DNA of 64,000 nucleotides from Methanobacteriota archaeon (GTDB taxonomy: Archaea; Thermoplasmatota; E2; DHVEG-1): positions 2,280 through 66,279 of the forward strand of contig CAIRCU010000014.1 of assembly GCA_903877165.1 (NCBI GenBank), written 5' to 3'. This document shows, piece by piece, positions 29,752 to 40,055 of this stretch. Positions within the stretch are counted from its first letter, which is position 1. Each line of letters begins with the position of its first letter. The translations under genes were made by a program, and so were the position numbers. The notes below the pieces were generated by a model. That model was given only the letters and a program-made list of their open reading frames with translations, was not told the DNA's origin and did not search any database.

Positions 29752-30318
29752 TTAGAATGATACCTTTGGTACCGCCTTTGATTCCTCGGGGATCTGCAGC
29801 ATCTCTCGTGCTTTCCGCCCCATGCGGTGTGCGAAGAAATTCCCCGGGAACGTCTCGATGGCATTGTTATAGAACAGGACCGAGTCGTTGTAATGCTGCC
29901 GTGAGTACGCGATTTTATCCTCGGTGTGGGTCAGTTCATCCTGCAGCTGCAAGAAGTTCTGGTTCGCCTTCAGATCAGGATAGTTCTCCGCGACCGCAAA
30001 CAAGGTCTTCAACGCACCAGAGAGCATGTTGTTCGCGTCCATACTCTGCTGAGGCGTCTTTGCGCTCATGATAGCGGCCCGGGCGTTCGTCACGCTCTCC
30101 ATGGTGCCCCGTTCGTGCATCATGTACCCTCTCACAGTCTCCATGAGATTCGGGATTAAGTCCGCCCGTCGTTTGAGCTGCACATCTATCTGTGCCCAGG
30201 CGTTATCGATGCGGTTTTCTGAACGAATGATCTTGTTGTAAATGCCCCAGAAGACCAGCAGGATGATTACAACGATGAGTATGACTAATAAGATTATCAA
30301 CAAAGTTATCGGGTCCAT
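29752..30318 (-). CDS. lemA: LemA family protein
   Basis: N-terminal TM helix then NAWAQIDVQLKRRADLIPNL and YNNAIETFP blocks. Classic LemA-HtpX gene pair. Confidence 0.9.
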   Translation of the reverse strand: MDPITLLIILLVILIVVIILLVFWGIYNKIIRSENRIDNAWAQIDVQLKRRADLIPNLMETVRGYMMHERGTMESVTNARAAIMSAKTPQQSMDANNMLSGALKTLFAVAENYPDLKANQNFLQLQDELTHTEDKIAYSRQHYNDSVLFYNNAIETFPGNFFAHRMGRKAREMLQIPEESKAVPKVSF

Positions 30319-30404
30319 AAGCTTGCCTCCTCGGCTAGGGTAATAGCATGTTTTATTTAAAGATATCGAGTCGTCAAAACAGCCCTGCGATACTCCTATA
30401 TTTC

Positions 30405-31202
30405 CTAGGATTGAAACACTGCGAACGCCTCTTTGACAGTCGCGTTCTTATGGACAATCGCATGGATCGCTTTCATCATACCCACCGGGTTAGGACTCTG
30501 AAAGATGTTTCGGCCCATATCGACCCCCACAGCGCCCGCATGGATCGCGTCGTACGCCATCTGCAACGCCTCCTGCTCCGGCAGCTTCTTCCCACCCGCT
30601 ATCACGACCGGCACCGGACAGCACTCGACGACGTTCTCAAAACCCTTCACGAAGTACGTCTTGACGACGTCCGCGCCCAGCTCCGCGGCCATGCGCGACG
30701 CCAGACTCATGTACCGCGCGTCCCGCACCATCTCCTTGCCCACGGCAGTCACTGCGACGACCGGGATGCCGTAGCGCTGCGCCTCGTCCACATACTGCGT
30801 GAACCCAAGGATCGTGTCCCGCTCGAACTCCGCTCCGACCATGATGGAATATGCCACGCCGGAGGCGTTCAACCGTATCGCATCCTCAATAGAGCAGACC
30901 GTACCCTCATGGAGGAGCTCTTTGCCAATGATGCTGGTACCACCGGAAACCCGCAGGACGATAGGGATGTCGACATCCGGATCTATATAATGACGAAGGG
31001 AACCGCGCGTCACCATCAGCGTGTCCGCGTACCGCAACAAGGGTGTAACCATAGCCCCCAGCTGCTCCAAGCCACTCGTCGGACCCATGAAATACCCATG
31101 ATCCACTGCGAGCATCACGGTACGACCATCCTTCGGACGGATGATCTTCGACAACCGATTCCGCTGTCCCCAGTCCATACTCAAAGCCTCCAATGAGGGC
31201 AT
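30405..31202 (-). CDS. DhnA-type class I aldolase family protein (fructose-bisphosphate aldolase / ADH synthase-like)
   Basis: RLSKII..DGRTVMLAVDHG at the N-terminus and a Schiff-base region VVKTYF. The alternative start ATG at 31178 (MDWGQ) is equally plausible. Confidence 0.8.
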   Translation of the reverse strand: MPSLEALSMDWGQRNRLSKIIRPKDGRTVMLAVDHGYFMGPTSGLEQLGAMVTPLLRYADTLMVTRGSLRHYIDPDVDIPIVLRVSGGTSIIGKELLHEGTVCSIEDAIRLNASGVAYSIMVGAEFERDTILGFTQYVDEAQRYGIPVVAVTAVGKEMVRDARYMSLASRMAAELGADVVKTYFVKGFENVVECCPVPVVIAGGKKLPEQEALQMAYDAIHAGAVGVDMGRNIFQSPNPVGMMKAIHAIVHKNATVKEAFAVFQS

Positions 31203-31288
31203 GAAAACTCATGAGGACTTATAAACTAATTGGCCTCAACGCATCCCAAACAAAGGGTTAATTAACACATTCTTTTTTACAGACTCGC

Positions 31289-31888
31289 ATGTCACCAATG
31301 TCACGAACCAACAAAATCCTGACCGCCATCGTCGCCATCGCACTCATCGCCGCCATCGGCGTCCTCATCTACGCCTACCTCCCCCGGGGAGAGACACAGA
31401 ACAACCAGCAGAACACCACCCCACCCACCGGTCCCTACATCAACGTCACCGTCGACGGCCTCACCCACACCTACACCCTGCCCCAGCTCTGGGCGATGGG
31501 CAACTTCACCGGTAACGGCGAGTACCGGAAAAACAGCGGCGTCTTCGAAGGCAACGGAACCTACACCGGCATCCCCATTAAAATCCTCATCGCGAACCTA
31601 ACCGGCTACTCACTGAACATCACCGCAGGCGACATGTCCATGATCTACAACGTCAGCCAGGTGCAGGGGGACGTCTCCATCTACAACCCGCAGAACGCAA
31701 CCAACGCCACACCCATTGGTCACGGGGGCGTTATCATGGTACTCATCTACGCCTACAACGACCAACCGTTCAGCGGCAGCGACGGTAACTTCAAAATCGG
31801 GTACCTCGTGCCACAGCCGAACAGCCCGCGGATCACCGCCGCCTCACTCTGGCTCAAGGACGTCCGCAGCATCCGCATCATCACCTAA
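31289..31888 (+). CDS. Hypothetical membrane-anchored extracellular protein rich in N-x-S/T sequons
   Basis: 199 aa with an N-terminal TM anchor. About 10 N-x-S/T sequons (NTT, NVT, NFT, NGT, NLT, NIT, NVS, NAT). No family recognised. Confidence 0.4.
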   Translation: MSPMSRTNKILTAIVAIALIAAIGVLIYAYLPRGETQNNQQNTTPPTGPYINVTVDGLTHTYTLPQLWAMGNFTGNGEYRKNSGVFEGNGTYTGIPIKILIANLTGYSLNITAGDMSMIYNVSQVQGDVSIYNPQNATNATPIGHGGVIMVLIYAYNDQPFSGSDGNFKIGYLVPQPNSPRITAASLWLKDVRSIRIIT

Positions 31889-31971
31889 GAACACACCCAG
31901 GCTGTGTCTCCCAAACCTTTTTTACCCTTTCGCATCTTACCAGGTGCCATATTGTATGGGAGAGGCATCCT

Positions 31972-33420
31972 ATGACAGGAATTGAAACACTCAAACCAAC
32001 GCTTGTATGGACTCATTTTGACCACATCCGACAGATCCCCCGCTGCTCCAAGTACGAAGAAAAAATCCGTGAGTACATCCTGGAGTTCGCGAAGAAACAG
32101 GGACTGCAAACGCGGACGGACCCAGTCGGCAACATCGTCGTCGTGAAACCCGCAGCGAAAGGCATGGAGAAGAAACCCGTCGCCATCCTCCAAGGTCATA
32201 TGGATATGGTCTGCGAGAAGAACAGCGACGTCACCTTCGACTTCTCAAAGGACCCCATCCAGCTCGCCATCACAGGAGACGTTATCAAAGCCAAGGGCAC
32301 GACGCTTGGGGCGGACAACGGCATCGGGGTTGCCATGAGCCTCGCGATTCTCGAAGACAAGACCCTCAAACTCGGACCCATCGAAGCCCTTTTTACTATC
32401 GACGAGGAGACCGGGCTGACCGGGGCGTTCGCCTTGGAGCAAAACATGCTGAAAGGTCGCATCATGCTCAACCTCGACAGCGAGGACTTCGGCATCATCA
32501 CCGTCGGCTGCGCCGGCGGCGGCGACTCCAAACTCGAGCTGCCGTTGACCATGGAATCCGCATCAAGCACGGCTGTCGGGCTCTCCGTCACCGTCTCCGG
32601 ACTGCGCGGTGGGCACTCTGGCGTGGACATCCATGAGCAGCGTGGCAACGCCGTCAAAATACTCGCACGACTCCTCTGGAAAGCAGGGATGAAATACAGC
32701 CTTACTATCGCGGACATCAAGGGAGGCGACAAGCATAACGCGATCCCCCGTGAGGCCCACGCGATTGTCAGCGTTCCCAAGGCGGATAAAGCTGCCGTCA
32801 CCTCACTGCTCAAACAGGATTGCCAAGCGATCCTGGAGGAGTTTAAGGCCGTGGACCCGGGTCTCAAGCTCGACGTCAAGGACCAGCAGATGCCGAAACA
32901 GACCGTCACCCACTCCTCCTCGATGACTTTGCTGAACCTCCTCTGCGGGCTGCCGCATGGTGTAGATAAACGCAGCTACGACATCCCGACCCTAGTTGAG
33001 ACGTCTAACAACGTCGCGACTATTTCCATCATGGGGAAGACCGCGGAGATCTCGACGAGCTCACGCAGCTCCGTGAAATCCGAGCTGCAGGACATGCGGG
33101 ACCGCATCCATGCGATCGCGACCCTCGCGGGTGCCACGACGATCGAAGGCACGCCGTACCCCGGCTGGAAGCCGAACATGGACTCAAGGCTGCTGAAGCT
33201 GTCGCAGAAGATCTTCAAGGATATGTACCATGAGGATGCGAAGATCGAGGCGATCCACGCGGGCCTGGAGACCGGCATCGTCGGTGAGAAGTTCCCCGGC
33301 ATGGACATGATCTCGATCGGGCCGACGGTGAAGAACCCGCATTCCCCCGATGAGTACCTCGTGATCAGCACGGTGGGCAAAACCTACGAGTTCGTCCTTC
33401 GGATCCTAGCGGGCCTCTAA
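31972..33420 (+). CDS. pepD: Aminoacyl-histidine (Xaa-His) dipeptidase, M20C
   Basis: 482 aa. The N-terminal block IPRCS..E..I..Y, then LQGHMDMV, LGADNGIG and IDEETGL are typical of PepD. Confidence 0.85.
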   Translation: MTGIETLKPTLVWTHFDHIRQIPRCSKYEEKIREYILEFAKKQGLQTRTDPVGNIVVVKPAAKGMEKKPVAILQGHMDMVCEKNSDVTFDFSKDPIQLAITGDVIKAKGTTLGADNGIGVAMSLAILEDKTLKLGPIEALFTIDEETGLTGAFALEQNMLKGRIMLNLDSEDFGIITVGCAGGGDSKLELPLTMESASSTAVGLSVTVSGLRGGHSGVDIHEQRGNAVKILARLLWKAGMKYSLTIADIKGGDKHNAIPREAHAIVSVPKADKAAVTSLLKQDCQAILEEFKAVDPGLKLDVKDQQMPKQTVTHSSSMTLLNLLCGLPHGVDKRSYDIPTLVETSNNVATISIMGKTAEISTSSRSSVKSELQDMRDRIHAIATLAGATTIEGTPYPGWKPNMDSRLLKLSQKIFKDMYHEDAKIEAIHAGLETGIVGEKFPGMDMISIGPTVKNPHSPDEYLVISTVGKTYEFVLRILAGL

Positions 33421-34514
33421 CCGAGGTCGTAGGGCGTCTTCGCCGGGTGCCAGTCGACGTTGATCCAGTGGACCGGCGTGGGTTTCCACTGCGGGAATAT
33501 TCGAGTCCCGTGGATGATCATGGGGAATCCGAAGGGATGCCGTGACCAGTAGTTCACGTCCCAGCAGTTCTTCGACGAATTCTCAAAAGAGGCATCCTTC
33601 TGGTTGTGGATGAAGTTGTTACGTGTTATTAATGAGTTGTTCGAGAAGCGCAGGAGGATCCCGGGGTTGCTTCCGTTGATCTCGTTGTTCGTGATGAGGG
33701 TGCCGTCTGCGTGTGTGAGGATGATGCCGTACTGGGTTTCGTTGATGAAGTGGTTGTCGCGGATGGTGTTGTTGTCCGCGTTCGTCCAGAGGCCGACGCC
33801 GCTGTAGGGGCAGTCGGAGATGGTGTTGTTGTCAACCATGTTACGGGTGGAGTTAGGCCAGATACTGACGCCAGCGGCTTGGTTCGCGGCGAAGACGTTA
33901 CAGGTGACCCGGTTATTGGTCGACATGGAGATAACGACCGAGCAGTGGCGGTTGTGGGTGATGTTGTTTTCCCGGATGAGGACGCCGGTGGAGTTGCGCA
34001 GGTACACGCCTTCGTTGCCGTTGCCGTAGATGGTGTTGTTGTGGACGATGGAGTCCTGTGAGTTGTTGTAGAACACGCCGCAGGCGAAGTCGCCGCTGTC
34101 CCTGATGATGTTGCCGTACACGCTCGACTGGGTGGTCTCGAGGTAGACGTCAGCGTCGATCATGGAGTGGTGTCCGCTGTGTTGCACCGTCAGTCCGGTG
34201 ATTGTACAGGAACTGGCCTGGACGGTGATGACGTCGCCGGTTCCGTTGCCGTCGACGATGGTGGTCTCTTTTGCTTCTCCTTGGAGGGTGAGGGGTGTGG
34301 TGATAGTGAGGTGCTCGTAGTACGGCGCGTGGTCATGGTACACGTAGACGGTGTCGCCTGCTGCCGCGGCGTCGATCGCCGCTTGGATAGTCGTGTAGTT
34401 CCCTGGTCCGCTGCCGCCGGCATGGAGAATCTGGGTCGTGGGCGCCTGTAGAACGGCGGGGACTGTTGCGGAGAAAAGAGAAACAAAAAGAAGGAGGGTG
34501 AGCAGGATGCTCAC
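33417..34514 (-). CDS. Secreted right-handed parallel beta-helix (NosD-like, PbH1 repeat) protein
   Basis: Signal peptide, N-terminal GGSGPGNYTTIQAAIDAA..GDTVYVY motif, and repeated ~22-aa N.I..N..GI units. Confidence 0.75.
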   Translation of the reverse strand: MSILLTLLLFVSLFSATVPAVLQAPTTQILHAGGSGPGNYTTIQAAIDAAAAGDTVYVYHDHAPYYEHLTITTPLTLQGEAKETTIVDGNGTGDVITVQASSCTITGLTVQHSGHHSMIDADVYLETTQSSVYGNIIRDSGDFACGVFYNNSQDSIVHNNTIYGNGNEGVYLRNSTGVLIRENNITHNRHCSVVISMSTNNRVTCNVFAANQAAGVSIWPNSTRNMVDNNTISDCPYSGVGLWTNADNNTIRDNHFINETQYGIILTHADGTLITNNEINGSNPGILLRFSNNSLITRNNFIHNQKDASFENSSKNCWDVNYWSRHPFGFPMIIHGTRIFPQWKPTPVHWINVDWHPAKTPYDLG

Positions 34515-34569
34515 GGTCTGAAGGCTACGAGGTGTGGAGGCGCGGTGCTCTTGGTTCCGTTCCTGGTGG

Positions 34570-35571
34570 TTAGATGAGTCGGACGACGTTGTAGAAGATC
34601 CTCCCTTGGATGACGAGGGTTTTGGCGTAATCAGCGCGGACGGTCACGGTGATGGGGCCGAACGCGTGGAAGGTCTGGCCGGTGGCAAACGAGTACTGGT
34701 GGTTGGGTTCGAGGCTGAGGATGCGACTGGAGGTGGCGTGGTCGAGGAGGCGGAATATGCCGCCGCGGATTTCGATGCTCCAGTTGATGTTGTTGATGGT
34801 CTTGTCGCCTATGTTGGTGAGGACTGCGGTGATCTTGCCTTTGGAGGCGGTGATGCCTTCAATCCTGATGCCGGTGAGGTTCATGGTGACCGGAATCTGC
34901 TGGGTTCCGCCGTTGCTGGTGACCGTGATCGTGGCCTCGTACTGATTCGGGGTGAGCCCTTGGGTGACCGCGGTGACCGTAATCGGGTCTGCTTCGCCTA
35001 TGGAGTCGCCGCTCGTGGGGTCGAGGAGGAGCCATGAGGCGTCTTTTAAGACGGAGTAGGTGAGGGTGCCGCAGCCGATGTTCTGGACGTAGAGGGTGCC
35101 GGTGGCGTTGGCGCCGTTAGGTACGAAGCCGAAGTCAATGGAGGTTGGGATGCAGGAGAGCGTGGGGTCTGGGTACTGGACTAGGGTGAAGTTCGCCCAG
35201 AAGATGCCGTTGCCGCCGTCGGAGGTGATGTCGATTTCGCAGGGGTAGGTTCCGAGGGGAAGGCCGGTGGTGTCAATCATGACCGTGATGTTAATCGCTT
35301 CGCCGTTGGAGGTGCCGCTGGTGGGGAACACGCTTACGTACGAGTAGTTCTCTGAGATGCTGAAGGTGAGACTGCAGCAGCCGCCTCCGTTCCAAATCTG
35401 GAATACCGTCTCGACGGAGGCGCCGATCGGGATGTTGCCGAAGTCATGGGACTTGGGGTCGTACGCGAGGAGACCTCTTGAGGTGGTCTGGGGGTGGCTC
35501 GCGGTCTGAGCCATGCCAATCGTGCTTGCGGTAGCGATGAGACAGAACAGGCTTATTGCGTAGATTTTCAT
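34570..35571 (-). CDS. Secreted protein with two Ig-like (BACON/ASH-like) domains and a CARDB-like C-terminal module
   Basis: Start set to the internal ATG (MKIYAISLFCLIATAS). Two DFG..P.G......V.N.G...L domains. The C-terminal module is shared with the ORFs at 2923 and 16017. Confidence 0.55.
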   Translation of the reverse strand: MKIYAISLFCLIATASTIGMAQTASHPQTTSRGLLAYDPKSHDFGNIPIGASVETVFQIWNGGGCCSLTFSISENYSYVSVFPTSGTSNGEAINITVMIDTTGLPLGTYPCEIDITSDGGNGIFWANFTLVQYPDPTLSCIPTSIDFGFVPNGANATGTLYVQNIGCGTLTYSVLKDASWLLLDPTSGDSIGEADPITVTAVTQGLTPNQYEATITVTSNGGTQQIPVTMNLTGIRIEGITASKGKITAVLTNIGDKTINNINWSIEIRGGIFRLLDHATSSRILSLEPNHQYSFATGQTFHAFGPITVTVRADYAKTLVIQGRIFYNVVRLI

Positions 35572-35582
35572 TTTTCCATGGG

Positions 35583-37493
35583 TCATGGTATTCCTCTCCC
35601 TTCGTTGTTTAAACATCCTTGTTCCTTATTAAATTTTCCCTGGAAATCAGGTGTGGAAGGGCGTAGGAGGGAGTGGAGATCCCAGTTCCAGGCCGTGGTG
35701 GCCGGTTGACCGGTTGGGAAGTATTTCCCATGGATGAGGAAGATGAGGCGGGGCCGGTCCCAGTAGTTACGGGTCCAAGTGTTATGGCAGCTGGCTGTGG
35801 TGGTGCCGACGAAGTAGGCATCGAGTTTGAGGTTATGTAGGGTGTTGTAGGTGACCGTGATGAGGCTTGAGTCGTAAAGCCGGATGCCGTACTGGTTGCT
35901 CTGGATGGTGTTGCTGCTGACCGTGGCTGTGGTGGTGTTGCGTAGGTCGATGCCGTGGAACTCGTCATGGACGATGTTGCCGGTAATCGTGATGTTTGAA
36001 GCGTTGCGGGTGTAGATACCGAAGTGCCCATCGCAGACCGTGAAGCCCTGGATACTGCAGTCGTCATGGGCGACGGTGATGCCGTCGTCGTATCCGCCAG
36101 AGTCGATGATTGTTGTCGTGGGGTCCGCCCCTTGGAGGGTGAGCGCCTTGGAAAGGACAATGCCGCCGCTGTACTGCCCGGTGTACACATAGATCGTATC
36201 GCCATCCGAGGCGTTCTCGACCGCCGACTGGATGGTCGTGTAGTTCCCCGGTCCAGACCCACCGACGTACAGGGTATCAGGGGAAAGGATACTGAGAGCG
36301 TCATATCGAAGCTGTACGGCGGGAGCGGCAAGCGGGCGGAAGTCCCATGAGACGAACGGGAAGTTGTGGCCGTTGCGTTTGAGCCGGCCGGAGATGAGGT
36401 AGGGGAGAAGGCGGGGTTTGGTCCAGTAATTGTGCGACCAGCGGTTGCCGTGGTGGCCGAGGGTGGCGGTGATCACGTAGGCGTCGTTCTTCAGATTCAG
36501 GAAGGTGTTGCCGACCACCTGGGTCTGGTTCGCGTACTCCAGGAGGATGCCGTCGTCGTTGCCCTGCACGAGGTTCTGGGTGACGATGGTTCCCTGGGAC
36601 TGGGAGATGTATAGGCCGATGCCGTCGGAATCCGTAATCGTATTCCCAAGGAACTGGGTGCTGACGCAGTCTGCGATTCGTACGTTCATCCATCGGGTGC
36701 GTGTCACAAGGTTGTCCATGAGGATGAGGTTCGTGCACAGGATCGTGATGAGGCCGTCGTTGCTGCCTCGGATGGTGTTCTTGATTGCGGATGAGTTCAC
36801 TAAGCGTTCGAGTTGGAGGCCGGACCATTTGCAGTCGAAGATGTTCCAAGAAACCCTGAGATGCTCGCCGTAGGAGCAGTACGCGCCGACGCCATCTCTA
36901 GACAGCAGGTTTCCTGTGAGGTTCACTGCTGATGAGGCGACGGTGGAGACTCCGGTCTGGCAGTCCTGGATGGTGCAGCCGGTCACCGTGTTCTGATTGG
37001 ATCCATCTGAAATCAAGATCCCGATGGAGGTGTTGGCGATGATTGAGCTTTGGATGGTGACCGAGGCGGCATCGCTGAGGCGGATGCCGGCGTCCATTGT
37101 CGCGGTCCCGCTTCCTTGGACCGTAACGCCGAGGATGTCGCAGTCAGCGGCAAGGATGGTGACGACGGTCCCAACCCCGCTGCCGTCAATCACGGTCGTC
37201 GTGTTCTGCTCGCCCTGCAGCGTGACATCTTCGATCTGCATCACCAGATGCTCATAATACGGAGACGAGTCGTCATACACATACACGGCATCGCCGGGTT
37301 GTGCCGCGTCGAGCGCCGCCTGGATCGTGGTGTAGTTCCCCGGGCCGCTGCCCCCGACGTTCAATCGTGATCCAGATATTCCTCCGGAATCACCCATAGG
37401 ACTTATGGCCACTGCGCTTCCGCTCACCACTATGATGAGTGCTAGCAGGAGACCAAGAGGCCACCGTTTCTGGGAGGCCTGGACGAGTGCCAT
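35583..37493 (-). CDS. Secreted protein with two tandem NosD-like beta-helix modules
   Basis: 636 aa. The GGSGPGNYTTIQ.A...A..GD..YVY motif occurs twice (about aa 48 and aa 405), each followed by PbH1-type repeats. Confidence 0.75.
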   Translation of the reverse strand: MALVQASQKRWPLGLLLALIIVVSGSAVAISPMGDSGGISGSRLNVGGSGPGNYTTIQAALDAAQPGDAVYVYDDSSPYYEHLVMQIEDVTLQGEQNTTTVIDGSGVGTVVTILAADCDILGVTVQGSGTATMDAGIRLSDAASVTIQSSIIANTSIGILISDGSNQNTVTGCTIQDCQTGVSTVASSAVNLTGNLLSRDGVGAYCSYGEHLRVSWNIFDCKWSGLQLERLVNSSAIKNTIRGSNDGLITILCTNLILMDNLVTRTRWMNVRIADCVSTQFLGNTITDSDGIGLYISQSQGTIVTQNLVQGNDDGILLEYANQTQVVGNTFLNLKNDAYVITATLGHHGNRWSHNYWTKPRLLPYLISGRLKRNGHNFPFVSWDFRPLAAPAVQLRYDALSILSPDTLYVGGSGPGNYTTIQSAVENASDGDTIYVYTGQYSGGIVLSKALTLQGADPTTTIIDSGGYDDGITVAHDDCSIQGFTVCDGHFGIYTRNASNITITGNIVHDEFHGIDLRNTTTATVSSNTIQSNQYGIRLYDSSLITVTYNTLHNLKLDAYFVGTTTASCHNTWTRNYWDRPRLIFLIHGKYFPTGQPATTAWNWDLHSLLRPSTPDFQGKFNKEQGCLNNEGRGIP

Positions 37494-37614
37494 AAGAAGA
37501 CTCCAATTGGTTAACCTCTATAGTACATATATAAATCTTTGCTCACAGAATATTAATCTAGCTTAGCAGGGAGAAGGAAAAAATAGCACTCACGGATTCA
37601 TTCATCGACTGACT

Positions 37615-38307
37615 GTGACAATTAACATCACCAGCATCTCAATCATCATTCCTGTCCTCCACGAGAAACACCTAGACTCATCCCTGGCAAGACTTGAGCA
37701 TCTGCAGGATTTCGGTTCTTGTGAAATCATCGTCGTTGATGGTAGTAATAATGACGACATCCTCAAGAAAATCTCCAAGCCGTCAATCCAAACACTTACG
37801 ACGCGCGCCGGCCGCGGGCACCAGATGAACACCGGCGCCCGCCACGCCCATGGCGACATCCTCTTGTTCCTGCACGCGGACACCACCCTGCCGCCCAACG
37901 CCATCCCGCTCATCCTCCACACCATGAGCGACCAGCGGATCAGCGCAGGTGCATTCCGGCTTGCCATCGACACCGCACAGCCAGCCCTCCACCTCATCGC
38001 CCTGCTCACCACCCTGCGCTCACGACTCACCAGGATCCCTTTCGGCGATCAGGCCATCTTCATTCGCAAAGATGTCTTCAACTCACTTGGCCGCTACCGC
38101 GACATCCCACTCATGGAGGACGTCGACCTCATGCGCAGACTCAGACGCACACATCACCGCATCATCATCCTCCCTGCAGCCGTCCTGACCTCTGCGCGCC
38201 GCTGGGAACGCGACGGCATCATCCTTGGCACGCTGCGCAACTGGACCCTCCGCATCCTCTACTACCTCGGCATCCCACCCCACCGGCTCACACCCTGGTA
38301 CCGATGA
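37615..38307 (+). CDS. Family 2 glycosyltransferase of the rSAM/selenodomain-associated type (TIGR04283-like)
   Basis: ISIIIPVLHE, EIIVVDGS, RG.QMN.GA, LLFLHADT, PFGDQAIF, LMEDVDL and TSARRW blocks. GTG start. Confidence 0.75.
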   Translation: MTINITSISIIIPVLHEKHLDSSLARLEHLQDFGSCEIIVVDGSNNDDILKKISKPSIQTLTTRAGRGHQMNTGARHAHGDILLFLHADTTLPPNAIPLILHTMSDQRISAGAFRLAIDTAQPALHLIALLTTLRSRLTRIPFGDQAIFIRKDVFNSLGRYRDIPLMEDVDLMRRLRRTHHRIIILPAAVLTSARRWERDGIILGTLRNWTLRILYYLGIPPHRLTPWYR

Positions 38308-38343
38308 CCAAGGTTTAAGTAAACCCACAGGTTCCGTACCACA

Positions 38344-39351
38344 ATGGAGACCAACCCGCCACCAACCCAGGACACTGCACCGCTTGTTCTCCCACAGCAG
38401 ACATTCACCCAGACCATCACAACCTTCCTCCAAGAACCACTCACCTGCCGCGCCCTCACAACCCTCCAAGTCAACCTCGGCCTGCGCTGCAACCAATCCT
38501 GCCGTCACTGCCACCACCAGGCCTCTCCGGACCGCCACGAACACATGACGACCGACACCATGCATGCAATCCTGCGGTTCCTGCCCACCACGCCCGTCAA
38601 GACCGTCGACGTCACCGGCGGATCACCCGAACTCCACCCCCACCTCAAAGACTTCATCACCGCGCTCGCCGACCACGGCTACCCGGTCATGGTCCGCACC
38701 AATCTCACCGCACTCGCACTCCCCGACTCTAGTGGCCTTGCCGAGTTCCTTAAAGACCACGGCGTCACCATCGTCGCCTCACTGCCCTGCTACCTTCAAG
38801 ACAACGTGGACCAGCAGCGCGGACCAGGCGTCTACCACCAAAGCATCACCACACTCAGCTATCTCAACAGCCTCGGCTACGGCGTCGACCCCGGTCTCCC
38901 CCTCAACCTCGTCCACAACCCAGGCGGACCATACCTGCCCGAATCACAAGCCGACCTTGAACAGATCTACCGCAAGGAACTGCACGAACGCCACGGCATC
39001 CAGTTCACCAGCCTCCTCACCATCACCAACATGCCGATCGGCTCGTTCCTCAACGACCTCCAAAACACAAACACACAAGAAGCCTACCAGACGCTCTGCC
39101 GCAGCTCCTTCAACCCCGATACCATCCCGGGCCTCATGTGCCAACACCAGATTTGCGTCCGCTGGGACGGTCGCCTCTACGACTGCGACTTCAACCTCGC
39201 CGCTGACCTGCCCATCCGCAGCAAGAAAACCACGATACACGACGCGACGCTCCACGACCTCATCCCCAGACCCGTCGCCACCGCAGAGCACTGCTTCGCC
39301 TGCACCGCGGGCAACGGCTCATCCTGCCAAGGAGCCCTCGTCACCCCATGA
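38344..39351 (+). CDS. arsS: Radical SAM/Cys-rich domain protein of the ArsS type (arsenosugar-biosynthesis radical SAM enzyme family, TIGR04167-like), Cys version
   Basis: The LQVNLGLRCNQSCRHCH radical SAM cluster motif and a C-terminal Cys-rich tail HCFACTAGNGSSCQGAL. Confidence 0.8.
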   Translation: METNPPPTQDTAPLVLPQQTFTQTITTFLQEPLTCRALTTLQVNLGLRCNQSCRHCHHQASPDRHEHMTTDTMHAILRFLPTTPVKTVDVTGGSPELHPHLKDFITALADHGYPVMVRTNLTALALPDSSGLAEFLKDHGVTIVASLPCYLQDNVDQQRGPGVYHQSITTLSYLNSLGYGVDPGLPLNLVHNPGGPYLPESQADLEQIYRKELHERHGIQFTSLLTITNMPIGSFLNDLQNTNTQEAYQTLCRSSFNPDTIPGLMCQHQICVRWDGRLYDCDFNLAADLPIRSKKTTIHDATLHDLIPRPVATAEHCFACTAGNGSSCQGALVTP

Positions 39352-40052
39352 CAACACCCCCTGAACACACACCACAAAAAACACGACTCTGGTGGAGACC
39401 CCTCAGCCTCCTCATCATCGTCATCACCCTCTTCCTCCTTGCAACAGAACTCGGCGTCGACCAATACTTTAGAAACCTCCAACCCTGGATCGCCTCCTCC
39501 GGCAACTGGGGCGCAGCCGCCTTCTTCATCCTCTACATCGGCGCCGTCATCCTTGCGGTCCCCGCCACACCACTAGGCCTACTCGCCGGCGCCCTCTTCG
39601 GCTCCCTGCAAGGAGTCATCTTCATCAGCGTCGCCTCCACCATCGGCGCAGCACTCACCTTCCTCATCGCCCGCTACTTCGCCCGAGACGCAGTCAGCAA
39701 ATGGCTCGCCAGCAACGAACGCTACCGCCGCCTCGACGACCTCACTAAGAAACACGGCATGATCATGGTCGCGGTCGCCCGCCTCATCCCCTTCTTCCCC
39801 TACAACATCATCAACTACGCTTTCGGCCTCACCGCCGTATCCTTCCGCACCTACCTCTTCTGGTCCTGGCTGTGCATGCTGCCTGGTACTGTCGTCTTCG
39901 TCGTCGGCGCAGACGCCATTAAAATCGCACTCGCCACAGGACAAATCCCCTGGCTCCTCGTCATCGTCATCGTCATCGCCGCTGTCGCCACCATCATCCT
40001 GACGCTCGCCGCGAACCGATACATCCACAAGCTGGAACCACCACGGGAGTAA
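39348..40052 (+). CDS. TVP38/TMEM64 (DedA-superfamily, SNARE-associated) membrane protein
   Basis: 234 aa, 5-6 TM. The blocks P..P...L..AGALFG...G, FLI.RY..R and ARLIPFFPYN..NYAFGLT. ATGA overlap with arsS. Confidence 0.75.
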   Translation: MTTPPEHTPQKTRLWWRPLSLLIIVITLFLLATELGVDQYFRNLQPWIASSGNWGAAAFFILYIGAVILAVPATPLGLLAGALFGSLQGVIFISVASTIGAALTFLIARYFARDAVSKWLASNERYRRLDDLTKKHGMIMVAVARLIPFFPYNIINYAFGLTAVSFRTYLFWSWLCMLPGTVVFVVGADAIKIALATGQIPWLLVIVIVIAAVATIILTLAANRYIHKLEPPRE

Positions 40053-40055
40053 CCC

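Noticed and set aside
37502-37515. Overlapping 8-bp palindromes CCAATTGG and GGTTAACC in the divergent promoter between the NosD-like gene and the GT2 gene.
   Set aside because: Short restriction-site-like palindromes are expected by chance. They lie within 10-20 nt of the minus-strand start codon, and no second copy occurs elsewhere.
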